A stretch of DNA of 63,211 bases, filler included, from Octopus bimaculoides (taxonomy: Eukaryota): NCBI RefSeq assembly GCF_001194135.2. It is 6 parts of 6 records of this genome, joined end to end, with 100 filler letters (N's around TTAATTAATTAA, not from the genome) between each part and the next. Parts side by side here need not be neighbours in the genome. Positions count along the whole stretch, not along the records: positions 35,152 to 40,081 come from NC_068981.1; positions 40,182 to 47,433 come from NC_069007.1; positions 47,534 to 58,434 come from NC_069010.1; 3 more parts are not named here. The stretch is one strand, 5' to 3'. This document shows, one piece after another, positions 39,077 through 51,001 of the stretch (the stretch's first letter is position 1; each line of letters begins with the position of its first letter). A program made the position numbers and the translations under genes. A model generated the notes under the pieces. It was not told where the DNA came from, ran no database searches, and worked only from the letters and a program-made list of their open reading frames with translations.

Positions 39077-39440
39077 AAGCAAAAGCGTAAAACATTCTGT
39101 GAAGATATGCAAGAGAAACTTGAAGATGACGACTTTGAAAACGGTCCTGTTTTCAGCGACGAAGTCAAACTCCATACGAATGGCAAATGTTCGCACTTGT
39201 AGCGAAGAAAATCCACAGGACATAGTTGAATATGAAAGGGATTCACCAAAATTGGATGTGCTCTACGCCATCTCAAAGAAACGTGAGAACATTATAAAAT
39301 TACCATATCACAGTATTTTTCGTTGAAAACCTGTAGGATAAAGCTTGTTATGTTCAAAATTAACACTATTAAATTTCTCTTAGCCATGTAGTCACTCCGA
39401 TATGAACATCTCAAATTATGTCATTTTTTGGGACACCCTG
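39077..39440 (+). mobile_element. Tc1/mariner (IS630-Tc1-mariner) transposase fragment and right TIR
   Basis: FCEDMQEKLEDDDFENGPVFSDE..LHTNG, then (frameshift) NVRTCSEENPQDIVEYERDSPKLDVLYAISK; end TTTTTGGGACACCCTG resembles Tc1-type CAGGGTGTCCC TIRs. Confidence 0.8.
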
Positions 39441-40021
39441 AATATATAATGAACTTTATACTTTATATAATGGGCTCTATACTTTTATTTGTGCATTATA
39501 GACTTACAGGGGTATCAAATATTATTTTGGGTGAGTTCATGGTTCAATTTAATCACTCGATCGATTGAAAAAAATGTTGAACGACAGTTGCAACGTTATC
39601 GTTGACAGAGTCAAACAAATCAAGTGCCAAAGGAAAGGAAGAGACGAAAAGAAGATAAAAAGAAATGAAAGAGGAATAATTTGTTCTCTGTGATAATTAT
39701 ACGGAACTAGGTCGCCTGTTTCTTGCCAGTATCTTAGAGCTATCGCTCTGTCTTACCGTTGTTGAATAGTATTAACATCCGGTATAGAAATCTGATATCC
39801 AACAACTCTGTTCAGTCAGTGGTCAAATTTTGGCGATTTCTACGATATTCTGGCCACTATTTCAGGAAGGTGTTGTATGTGTTCTCTTTTGGAATGGGGG
39901 TATAGTATTAACATTAACCACGATTTCACATTTCGACTTGATTTCGACTTGATTACCTGAAGTTCAATACCAATCAGAAACCGTTAGTCTGGTTTACTAA
40001 ATATATATAAAGGATAACTAA

Positions 40022-40081
<60 letters not shown>

Positions 40082-40214
40082 NNNNNNNNNNNNNNNNNNN
40101 NNNNNNNNNNNNNNNNNNNNNNNNNTTAATTAATTAANNNNNNNNNNNNNNNNNNNNNNNNNNNNNNNNNNNNNNNNNNNNTATATATATATATACATAC
40201 ATATATATATATAT

Positions 40215-40368
40215 ACGACGGGCTTCTTTCAGTTTCCGTCTACCAAATGCACTCACAAGGCTTTGGTCGGCCCGACGCTATAGTAGAAGACACTCGCCCA
40301 AGGTGCCACGCAGTGGGACTGAACCCGGAACCATGTGGTTGGTAAGCAAGCTACTTACCACACAGCCA
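40215..40368 (-). mobile_element. SINE family A
   Basis: Near-consensus reverse complement. Confidence 0.92.
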
Positions 40369-40409
40369 GGAGAGGCAAAGTGTACGTACGCCGCTATGTA
40401 TATATATAT

Positions 40410-40562
40410 GACGGGCTTCTTTCAGTTTCCGTCTACCAAATCCACTCACAAGGCTTTGATCGGCCCGAGGGTATAGCAGAAGACACTCGCCCAAGATGTC
40501 ATGCAATGGGACTGAACCCGGAACCATGTGGTTGGGAAGCAAGCTTCTTATTATACAGCCAC
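40410..40562 (-). mobile_element. SINE family A (second copy in tandem)
   Basis: Near-consensus reverse complement. Confidence 0.9.
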
Positions 40563-40971
40563 ATGTGTCACCCACCAGATGCTCCATTTCACAACACGTC
40601 TTAACTTTGTTTCTAGTAACTTCTTTTTCCATTTCACGTAGCTTTTTTTTTTAACTTTTAAAGAAAATAGAGGGAAAAATAGACTTCGACTTCAATCGAT
40701 TTATTCTAAATCGATTTATTCTAAATTACGTCGGTATCAGCGAACAAATTTAAAACATAAAAAAATTCTTTAAAAAAAACTTTAAAGTAAATATAGAAGT
40801 TGGAAATGAAATTAAATGTTAGTGACAATTCGTACCAACTATTTATTAAAATAAATATGCGTTAACAAAATTTCTTCATGTGCTTTCGAGTTACATCGTT
40901 TTCCGAGATACGTCGCATGTCTTGGCAGCCACTAGCAATTTACCGACGTAAACTGAGGTGTGCCTGATTAC

Positions 40972-41015
<44 letters not shown>

Positions 41016-41023
41016 TTATTTTA

Positions 41024-41185
41024 TCATCGCCATCATCATCATCATCTTCGCCATCATCAACTTCGCAATCATCATCATCATCATCATCATCATCTTCGCC
41101 ATCATCATCATCATCATCTTCGCCATCATCATCTTCGCCATCATCATCATCATCATCATCATCATCGACATCATCATCAGCGCCG
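41024..41185. repeat. Interrupted (CAT)n array with a recurrent CTTCGC interruption
   Basis: Direct reading. Confidence 0.9.
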
Positions 41186-41278
41186 GCATCTCCATGGCTA
41201 ATTCTCACCGACGTCATACTTATCACAAATAAAACTTCACCACCCTTTATCGTTTAACGTCATCAACAAGGTCAACAA

Positions 41279-41309
<31 letters not shown>

Positions 41310-42057
41310 TATAACCAACAGCAACAATAACCAGACCACCAAAATCAACAACAACAAGAACATCAAACAACAACAACAACAACAGCGACGACAATAACTG
41401 CAGAAATCGGACTGACCGAATTTGCTGCCAACTTCCACAACGAACGCAAATTGTTCGGATATCTGAGGCCTTTCCATCTGTATTTCCAGACAAAACCTCT
41501 CTCCTCCTCCTCCTCCTCCTCCTCCTCCTCTCTCCACTCTTCTCCACCATCCGGTGGCTTGGCTTGANNNNNNNNNNNNNNNNNNNNNNNNNNNNNNNNN
41601 NNNNNNNNNNNNNNNNNNNNNNNNNNNNNNNNNNNNNNNNNNNNNNNNNNNNNNNNNNNNNNNNNNNNNNNNNNNNNNNNNNNNNNNNNNNNNNNNNNNN
41701 NNNNNNNNNNNNNNNNNNNNNNNNNNNNNNNNNNNNNNNNNNNNNNNNNNNNNNNNNNNNNNNNNNNNNNNNNNNNNNNNNNNNNNNNNNNNNNNNNNNN
41801 NNNNNNNNNNNNNNNNNNNNNNNNNNNNNNNNNNNNNNNNNNNNNNNNNNNNNNNNNNNNNNNNNNNNNNNNNNNNNNNNNNNNNNNNNNNNNNNNNNNN
41901 NNNNNNNNNNNNNNNNNNNNNNNNNNNNNNNNNNNNNNNNNNNNNNNNNNNNNNNNNNNNNNNNNNNNNNNNNNNNNNNNNNNNNNNNNNNNNNNNNNNN
42001 NNNNNNNNNNNNCCAAGAGCGTAACTTGAGTAGTCAGACAGATACAGGTATAGACAA

Positions 42058-42290
42058 ATATAGATAGATAGGTATAGGTACCCAATACAAGTATATATAT
42101 ATAGACAAACAGACAGACTGACTGACTGACTGACTGACAGAGATGCAGGTAGATAGATAGATAGATAGATAGATAGACAGATAGATAGATAGATAGACAT
42201 ATAGATAGATAGATAGACATATAGATAGATAGATAGACAGATAGACATATAGATAGATAGATAGACAGATAGATAGATAGATAGATAGAC

Positions 42291-42325
<35 letters not shown>

Positions 42326-42745
42326 ATTGAAAAGCTAAATATAGATACATATGCATAGACAAACAGCCAGCCAGAAAGTCATGTAAATAGAGAAATAAAC
42401 AAACAGACAGTTGGACCGGTTGGCAAATTCATAGGCAGATAAACTGTAGACTAACAGAATGACAGTTAGGAAAATAGGCAGACGAGCAGATAGACAGACA
42501 AGACATTCATAAACAGATAGGCAGACTGATGGATAAATAGCTAGCTAGATAAATAGACAGACTCAATACAAGTATATATATATAGACAGACAGACTGACT
42601 GACTGACTGACAGACATATAGACAGACAGGTATACAGACAAATAGATAGATAGATAGATAGAGACAAGCAGACCAACAGATATAAATACAGACAGACAGA
42701 CAGACATATAGATAGAGAGGGAGAGTGAGAGAGAGACAGATAGAC
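42058..42745. repeat. AGAT/AGAC/ACTG tetranucleotide complex with an internal duplicated block
   Basis: AATACAAGTATATATATATAGACA..CAGACTGACTGACTGA occurs at ~42083 and ~42565. Confidence 0.85.
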
Positions 42746-42943
42746 ATACTGTACAATGGGGTATCACATACCTGTTGTACAACGGGATGTCATATGTCTA
42801 ATTAAAGTCTAATAAGATTATCAAATCAATTAGTAAAATAAACTCCACCCAGAAGTGTCTAAAAAATCTTAAAATATCATTTTTAAAAATAAGAAGCCAA
42901 GTTGGTAACTCGCAGTAAGATCAATCGATAGAAGATTTTAGAC

Positions 42944-43505
42944 CAGTGGTTCCCAAACTTTTTAGAGATGCGACCCACTATTTATGACACCAGTTTATGA
43001 CGACCCACTTAACTCTGCTGGGTAAAAAGATTAATGAAAGAAAAAATTTATTTCAGGTTACATTTTCATTGAGGCCTGTGAGAAGGCCTCATTTATATTA
43101 AATGTGAAACAAAACGTTTTATAACTGTTTCAACGTCTCCATACCCTATGGGCAGGTATTAACTCTAATACAAAACCTCGAAGCAGTAACTGTTATCGGC
43201 TCGATCAGTGTTGTACTGTGCCTAGTTAAAGTTCTCTATAAATAGGTAGAAAAAGACTTTTCCTTTTTACGATTACGTACGAATAAATAACTTGAGAAAA
43301 TGACCACCTCTGATTTGTTAAGTACGTGAAAAAAGCCTACTGCTTGATAAAACAACCAGTCTGGTATTGAAAACATGAGTCTTGAACTGTCTCGATAGAC
43401 AGCAGTTAATCAAAGCTAATGCGTAATTTTATAACTTTTTGCGACCCACTAGGATTCCGTTCGCGACCCATCAGTGGGTCGCGACTTATAGTTTGTGAAC
43501 CACTG
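42944..43505. mobile_element. hAT (Charlie-type) MITE, 562 bp, with 8-bp TSD
   Basis: TIRs CAGTGGTTCCCAAACT / AGTTTGTGAACCACTG, subterminal GCGACCCAC repeats, identical TSD TTTTAGAC at 42936-42943 and 43506-43513. Confidence 0.93.
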
Positions 43506-43884
43506 TTTTAGACAGTGCAGTTTGATGCAGATTTGATCTTTAAAATACAACCAATGAAAACGACTAATTTACTTTGATTTGGCTTTATGTCTGCTTCAGA
43601 AGATATTCAATACCCATTACCTCTCAACCATGTTTCATCTATAGACTACTTTGATTACTATTTTACCCCCATTGGCCATTCAATGTTTCACAACTTGTTC
43701 TATAAACGCTTCTTTCAAAATTCCTATTTCGCTTTTCACACATTCACTCGTGTAGGTTTAACCATGGAAAATGTTAAAGGAAGAAGCCAGTTTATTTCTT
43801 GCAACAAACACCAGTACATACAAATAAAGCAAACGATTTTAGGGCCTCTTAGTATGCAATTGTGAATCTCCAATTAAGTATCTT

Positions 43885-43952
43885 CTTGCATGGAACCCCA
43901 AAAATCTTATATGGACCCCCAGGGGCCGTATGGACCTCGGTTGAGAACCACT
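43885..43952. mobile_element. hAT MITE terminal fragment
   Basis: ATGGACCCCCAGGGG.CGTATGGACCTCGGTTGAGAACCACT resembles the reverse complement of a CAGTGGTTCTCAAC end. Confidence 0.6.
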
Positions 43953-43971
43953 AAACTAGATTAATTAAGTA

Positions 43972-44897
43972 CTGGGTCATCCCCGCAAAAATGTAGGTTT
44001 TTTATACTTCTTTTATTTTTCAGAATTAAGAGAAAGAATGTTTTTTTAAATTTAAAATATCATGTCGATAAAATCTCACAATGCTCTTCCATCTATCTGG
44101 AAGACTTGCAAGGCTCCCCTCTTCCAAAATTCGGCTGTGACGAAAAATACTCCTCCAGTACTGTTCTGACCTCGTCTACAGAATTCGTACTTTTTCCGTC
44201 CAAATGATTTTGAAGACTGCGGAAGAGATGATAATCAGATGGGGTAATGTCCTGCATTTCCCATTCAAACTGGGTGGGGCATCGTTTCCCATTCAAATTG
44301 CTCCAGCCCTTGGAATGTCATCCTCACTGTATGTGGCCGAGCATTTTCCTGATGGAAGAACACCTTTCTTCTTGAAACTAAAGATGGTCGTTTTTCTTCT
44401 AGTTCTAACTTGAACGTCTGGTTGAATGACCAAATCCAAGTTTCTCTGCTAGTTTCTCAACAGTTACGATGGGATTTTGTTGCGCCGAGGCTTACAGGAA
44501 TCCTCGTCGAGCTCTACCGATCTTCCAGGAAGAGGTTCGTCTTCTAGGCTGTAGTTTCCGGCTCGGAATTTCTGGAACCACTGTTGACACTAACTTACGC
44601 TTATTGTCCGATTTCCATATGCTAGATTAATATTCCTCGCACGTTCCGTTGCGTTGTTGCCTTTCTTGAACTCATAAAGCAAAATATGCCGAATATGCTC
44701 CATTGCTACTTCCATTATAGCTTGGAAAAAATAACTGTTTAAATCGAACTGCACTCTTCAAAACTTGCGCTAAGAATAAGTAAAGGTAAAATTACTACCT
44801 GCTTTTATAGCAAGTTGATGCAGGTAGTTTATCCCGTCCCCCTCCGACTTTTAGTTCATGCAATTGAAAAAACAGCATTATTTATGGGATGACCCAA
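43972..44897 (-). mobile_element. Mariner (DD34D-type) internally deleted element with both TIRs and TA TSD
   Basis: TIRs (C/T)TGGGTCATCCC at both ends flanked by TA; ATG at 44715 gives MEVAMEHIRHILLYEFKKGNNATE...WFQKFRAGNYSLEDEP..GR (HTH); C-part FHQENARPHT..., DITPSDYHLFRSLQNHLDG; central catalytic region missing. Confidence 0.93.
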
Positions 44898-45113
44898 TAT
44901 GTTGATTCAGTTGGGTAAACTTCGTCGTTGTATATTTTTAGCGGTTTCTTTAGCTGATAGAAGGATCATCATAGGCTTTCTGCAGTAACGAAGTACATCT
45001 TAAGGAAATTCAGTGTGACATATTGTGCGATAAAAGAAGCCCTTTGAAATACAGGTGAAGCTCATTTTTGCAATCTTAGTGGGCTGGAGCAACGAGAAAT
45101 AAAGTGTCCATAC

Positions 45114-45148
<35 letters not shown>

Positions 45149-45181
45149 AGTATGTGAGTATGTGTGTGTGTGTGTGTATAC

Positions 45182-45495
45182 GAAGTGGCACTCCGTCGGT
45201 TACGACTGCCTGGGTTCCAGTTGATCAGATCATCGGAACAGCCTGCTCGTGAAATAAACGTGCAAATGACTCAGCTCTCCACAGACATGCGCACTCTTCA
45301 TGTAATTCTTAGGGAGATTTAGCGTGACACACAGAGTGTGACAAGGCTGGTCCTTTGAATTACAGGTACAAGTCACTTTTGCCAGCTGAGTAGAGTGGAG
45401 CAATGTGAGATAAAGTGTCTTGCTCAAGGACACCAAAGCGCCGCTGGGAATCGCATAGATGACTTTACGATCATGAACCGAATATCTTAGCTACG
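45182..45495 (-). mobile_element. SINE family C2
   Basis: Shares the 3' body with 46591-46968 and the CORE-like segment with 27997-28289. Confidence 0.85.
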
Positions 45496-46590
45496 AGTAA
45501 ATTAATACTTACGTTGTCTTAAATAACTGGTGTCGTAGTAGGGTTTGCACTAATGTTCTCGTTATCAGTGTCAACCATGAGATCAAAGAAGCGGAATTCC
45601 AGGTGGAATAGAGATATATTTTTTTTAATCTGGTTTGAATAACGCTATGCTGGTTATCAAAATGTGCTTCTCTTATTTATAGTAGAAGAAATAAACTTTG
45701 TTGCTGATTTAGGCTATAGGAGTCGGCATAAATGTTGAAGAAAACGTTCAAAAAGGCATTTTAAACGCTCTTCTACGCTACACACCTTATGTTGACAGCG
45801 CCAATGTATGTATATATAAATAATACAGAATAGGACAAGAACGTAAAACATCCAGACAGTTAGGTGATACAAGAAAGGGACAAAACATACAGATAAACAA
45901 TACAAGGAAACACGGACAGGTCATTCGGGGTTTTCTTTCTTCAGTCGAGACCCAGATTATCTTTGCAATTTCGGCTGGTTATTCTCGATATTGCTCCAAT
46001 CTGGCCAGCCCCAAGGAAAAACTAAGCTAAGAGCATTAGATTCCTTGGAAGAAAGCAGCCAATGTATACAAAAACAAGGACGGAAAAATACGAACAATGT
46101 TACACAAATACAGTAGGAATAATAACGGGACATCACAACAGATGTCTTTCGACTAAGGACGAATTAACGTTAGATTTAAGAACTATTATTTCGTACTGTT
46201 GCTTTTTAAAAACTGTTCATACCGCTGTTGCTATTTTTAATATTGTGACTGCTCTTCCTGCCGTTGCTATTAATGCTGGTCTTGTGGATGTTTAACCCGA
46301 GGCGAATACTAAGAAACGGAACTTAGAATCCCTCCCAGAGAACTACGCTAAGAATACAGGTGTCTGTGGAGCCCTCAACCATTTACATTTTAATTTCACG
46401 AGTAGGCTGTTCGGTCGGTCGAATGAAGTGGAACACTTGTCGCCGTAACCAACGGACTGGCAGCTATTTCATGTGAAATTCCCTTTCCAAAGGAAAGAGT
46501 GATTCTAAGAGTATCAGACAGTTATATCTAGCAGTTGGATGAACAATGTAGAAACGCTAGCGATGCCAAGGTTTGGTGCTGTTCTCTTGT

Positions 46591-46968
46591 TGGCATTCCG
46601 TCGCTTACGAGGTCGAGGGCTCCAGTTGATCCGATCAACGGAACAGCCTGCTCGTGAAATTAACGTGCAAGTGGCTGAGCATTCCACAGACACGTGTACC
46701 CTTAACGTAGTTCTCGGGGATATTCAGCGTGACACAGTGTGACAAGGCTGACCCTTTGAATTACAGGCACAACAGAAACAGGAAGAAAGAGGGAGAGAAG
46801 CTTGTGGTGGAAGAGTACAGCAGGGTTCACCACCATCCCCTGCCGGAGCCTCGTGGAGCTTTAGGCGTTTTTGCTCAATAAACACTCACAACACCCGGTA
46901 TGGGAATCGAAACCGCGATCCTATGACACGAGACCGCTTCCCTAACCACTGGGCCATTGCGCCTCCAC
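46591..46968 (-). mobile_element. SINE family C1, full-length, tRNA-derived head (possibly tRNA-Arg/OR-like)
   Basis: Minus-strand head GTGGAGGCGCAATGGCCCAGTGGTTAGGG...GGTTTCGATTCCC (A and B boxes). Confidence 0.9.
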
Positions 46969-47254
46969 GCTGTTCTCTACAATTGCGTATATTCTAACTG
47001 TTTCCGACATGGAAGAATGTAAAGAGTGATTTGAGACCCTCCAGTTTATATCAGAGACGATCTACATCCTGCGCGCATGTTTATAGTCTTATAGCCTCAA
47101 GTTAGGCTTCTTGTTTTACGTGTATATATGTGTGTGTGCGTGTGTGACTGCGCGCGTGTATGTGTGTGTCGTATGTGTGTTTGTGTGTGCTTGTACGTGT
47201 TTGTGCGCGAGTGTATGCGTTTGTGCGTCTGCATTCATATATGTGTGTGTGCGT

Positions 47255-47433
47255 GTAGGGATAAATATGTGTGAGTGTGTGGGTGTACGGATAAATATGT
47301 GTGAGTGTGAGGGTGTACGGATAAATATGTGTGTGTGTGTGTGTACGGATAAATATGTGTGTGTGTGTGTGTACGGATAAATATGTGTGTGTGTGTGTGT
47401 ACGGATAAATATGTGTGTGTGTGTGTGTACGGA
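47255..47433. repeat. Minisatellite, ~28-30 bp unit GTACGGATAAATAT(GT)n, about 6 copies, runs into a gap
   Basis: Direct reading. Confidence 0.9.
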
Positions 47434-48166
47434 NNNNNNNNNNNNNNNNNNNNNNNNNNNNNNNNNNNNNNNNNNNNTTAATTAATTAANNNNNNNNNNN
47501 NNNNNNNNNNNNNNNNNNNNNNNNNNNNNNNNNTATATATATATATATATATGTATATATAACAAGGAGTTTTTAGCTCATAAACAGGAGTTACACCACA
47601 GTCATTTTGTCATCTTTGCTACCCTGGTATCTATTAACCAATTTATTTTGTCCGAGTTAATTACTAACTTAGCGAAAATAATACATATAATAATATAATT
47701 TGAAAATCCTACACGATTAGGTGAAAAGCGCTTTATTTATAAAACATGTGACATTAATAAAAATCTCTAAATGTACAACCATCCAGATTTCTGAGTACCT
47801 TAATTTTTTTCTATAATATAATTCCTGTACATCACCGCCAAACCTTCCAACAATAATAGGACAAACTCTTATATAAGAATTTATTAAGTAGTTATCGTGA
47901 AAAAAATTCATAGGGAAGAGTCTATCGTTTTTCCCTAAATCATATTTATCTATTTATCTATTTATATATATATATATATATTTAATTATTACAATTAAAA
48001 GGGTAAAGGATTATCAATTTATTAATTTATTAATAAATTAATAATTAATAATTTTACCAAGCCCTTCGGTATGTAAACACCATTATCGGTGAAGAACTTA
48101 TTTAAAAGTTCTTATACATTTATAAACATAATTAAGGGATCAGCAACAGTTGCTTCACCACATACC

Positions 48167-48242
48167 GCCTCACGTTAGCTACCGTAATAAATATGTGTTT
48201 ATTACGGTAAAAATGTATTTATTACGGTAGTTAACGTGAGGC
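48167..48242. repeat. Small hairpin with 27-bp inverted arms (1 mismatch)
   Basis: GCCTCACGTTAGCTACCGTAATAAATA / TATTTATTACGGTAGTTAACGTGAGGC. Confidence 0.9.
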
Positions 48243-48260
48243 ATTCTTGTATAGTTATGC

Positions 48261-48294
<34 letters not shown>

Positions 48295-51001
48295 GCGCGC
48301 ATGCACATACACATTTCATGTCATCTGACTCNNNNNNNNNNNNNNNNNNNNNNNNNNNNNNNNNNNNNNNNNNNNNNNNNNNNNNNNNNNNNNNNNNNNN
48401 NNNNNNNNNNNNNNNNNNNNNNNNNNNNNNNNNNNNNNNNNNNNNNNNNNNNNNNNNNNNNNNNNNNNNNNNNNNNNNNNNNNNNNNNNNNNNNNNNNNN
48501 NNNNNNNNNNNNNNNNNNNNNNNNNNNNNNNNNNNNNNTGTACTAAATTAACTAAAGGCAAGTGTTTTTTACTCTTCTCTACTGTTTTTTGTTCTGTGTG
48601 TATCAAAAATATCGCTATCAATCTGGAGTAATAATTTGTAGTTTTGAAATCAGTAGTTCTTTGACTGCTATTTCTGAATTCTCAGTATGTTGGAGAAGCA
48701 GGTTACTGTCAATCCCTATATATTTATGATTATAAATGTTTTTTACCGAAGAAGGTTTTTTCATACTGAGCTACCCGGCAAAATTGTTGATTATTAATTT
48801 TATTACTAATTGACGATTCCCTGCCCTGCATATCTATATCTATATATATATATACGCGCGCATGCACATACACATTTCATGTCATCTGACTCATGTCATG
48901 CTTGGACACCACTTCGAAGGACCTCATTAATTATTTCAAGTCTGGTACATATTCTATTGGCCTTTTTCTATTTTGCCGAACTGCAAAGTTATGGGAACAT
49001 AAACAAACTAACAGCGCTTGCCAAGCGATGTAGGGACAAACACTCACATATATACAAAGAAAGAAAGGAATGAAGGAAGAAAGAAAGAAAAAGAACGAAA
49101 GGAAGAAAGAAGAAAAAGACAAAGAAAGGATGAGGTGAACAGAGGGGGATAGTGGGAGACAGGTTTAGACTGCGGGAGATAGAGAGAACGAGAGAGAGTG
49201 TGTATGTGTGTTAGACGGAGGAATTGCGTTTGAGAGAGAGAGAAAAAGGATGATATAGAATTATAGAGTGAGAGAAAATGAGAGGGCGAGGGGTAATGGG
49301 AGAAAGAAAAGCGATAGATATGTAGGGAGGTAGATATGTAGAGCGATAGATATGTAGAGAAGGAGAAAGAGAGAGATAGTGGGAGAGGAAACATAAATAG
49401 ATAGATAGATACCGAGGGAGGAGACAAAAGAGAAAGAGATAAAGAGAATGAGCATAAGTGAGGTAGGGCATATGGAAAAGATTACAAGAGGTGGATGAGA
49501 GATACAGAATGAAAGAGAGGGAGCGAGTGAAAGAGTAAGAATTAGAGAGAGGAAGGAAAGTAAGAGCGTGTTAGTTTGTGCGGAGGAGAGGGCAGAGAGA
49601 TCATGTGTATGCGTCAGGGAGAGAGGGATAGACAGACAGCATGTGTGTATGTAAGAGAGTACACACGTGAGCGTGTATGTGTGTGTGCGTGTGTATGTGT
49701 GTGTATGTATACGTGTTGAATGGGCACGTCTCAAACATTAATTCGTCGTAGGGTTTCTCGAGCTGTGATTGGCTGAAAGTTGACACACCCGCGTCAAACC
49801 TTCTTTTCTTCTCTCATTCACAACTGCTGCTATTTTACCGTAACGTAGAATAACGATTGTTTCATGGTAGGACAGCTTGTTACATAGCGTAGTATTTAGT
49901 GCATTTGCGCTCAAATGTTGTTTTAGCGAGTGGGAAAAATAAAAAAAATAGGGGATTATAATATAATATAATATAATCATTATATAAATTCTAGTACTAT
50001 TTTTCAACGAACCCCAGCCTTTGGAAGAATGAAATATAAAGCTGGCTGCGGCGGTTTGTGAACTCAGAACGAAAATGGAAAAGCGAAAATCCAATACTGG
50101 GCGAACGATCAGCAGGAAAAAATCTTCAGAGGAAGAACCCCCGTCTAGCTAATGTTTCGGCACATTAGTTCCTGATACTCTAAAGGAGATGCCCCCCCCC
50201 CCAGGTCATGAATCATGGTAGCCTCCTACTGTCTTTGAAATGTCACCTTTAATGAATATTGAACTCGGAACCAGCGCTGTATTAAAGGTTAAGCAAGATA
50301 ATCACTACTTAAAGCATGGTGGAGTGTAACAGAAATTGTAAATGATTTACAGTACAAAAGAAATCACTTTAAACTTGTAAAATTATGTTCGTGATTCCCG
50401 AACTCTACTAAATATAGAAGCAGATGTGTTACGTAAGATTAATTTTGAGGGTCTGATCAAAGACTAATTAAAAAAAGAAATAGAAAACTTTTCAAATATA
50501 AAGTGGAAGTATACAAAAATAAACATTATTTCCCATCTTTACTGTTAGTTATGCCTAATTTTGAAAAATAAAAATCTATTTCATGGTTTATTATTGTTTA
50601 TATTTTGAATTACAAAAAATATGAAGCCGCCCCAACATCCTCTAAATGCTTAAGGCTTTCTATGGGTCTTAATCTGGCCCTTTTCAGACCCTTAGGGTGA
50701 TCTTATTTTCCTGGACTCAAGTGTACAACGTGCAGTAGCGAAGAGAGCCGAAAGTCCGCAATCTGGCCTTTCCTCCTACTGTTGTCTACTTCGCAGCTTA
50801 CAGTTACTCTTTTTCAGTTTCAGCGCAAAATACCTTTACAATACCACCTGTCGCCCATTTTTTTGTTTTTGTTTTTGTTGGTTAAGCTCGATTCCTGGAT
50901 GAATTAAACATAATGTCTATCTCAATGAGGTTTGAATCTAAGAATGTAGAAAAGGCGATTCTTTCTTCGTTTCAAGATCCCCCATAGTTCCAATGATAGC
51001 A

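Noticed and set aside
43514-43880. Minus-strand region flanking the hAT MITE with SIDETW... and LVVFIG strings suggestive of a transposase
   Set aside because: Many stops and no motif series I can align with confidence.
45915-45950. Minus-strand CTGAAGA...GAAT hammerhead-like string in an interspersed repeat (~45730-46190)
   Set aside because: GAAA is altered, and stems I and II do not pair in this copy; too weak to call.
46880-46968. tRNA-like sequence with A and B boxes (also at 19617, 24870, 28200-28289, 40300-40368)
   Set aside because: These are SINE heads continuous with SINE bodies; no complete cloverleaf with an acceptor stem, so not called tRNA genes.
47255-47433. Repeat-spacer-like pattern reminiscent of CRISPR (also the 53-54.8 kb array)
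   Set aside because: Spacers are (GT)n or homologous to each other, there are no cas genes, and the DNA is eukaryotic.
48281-48893. ~50-bp exact duplication (TATACGCGCGCATGCACATACACATTTCATGTCATCTGACTC) bracketing a gap and a repeat copy
   Set aside because: One copy ends precisely at the gap; haplotype or assembly redundancy is more likely than a long TSD.
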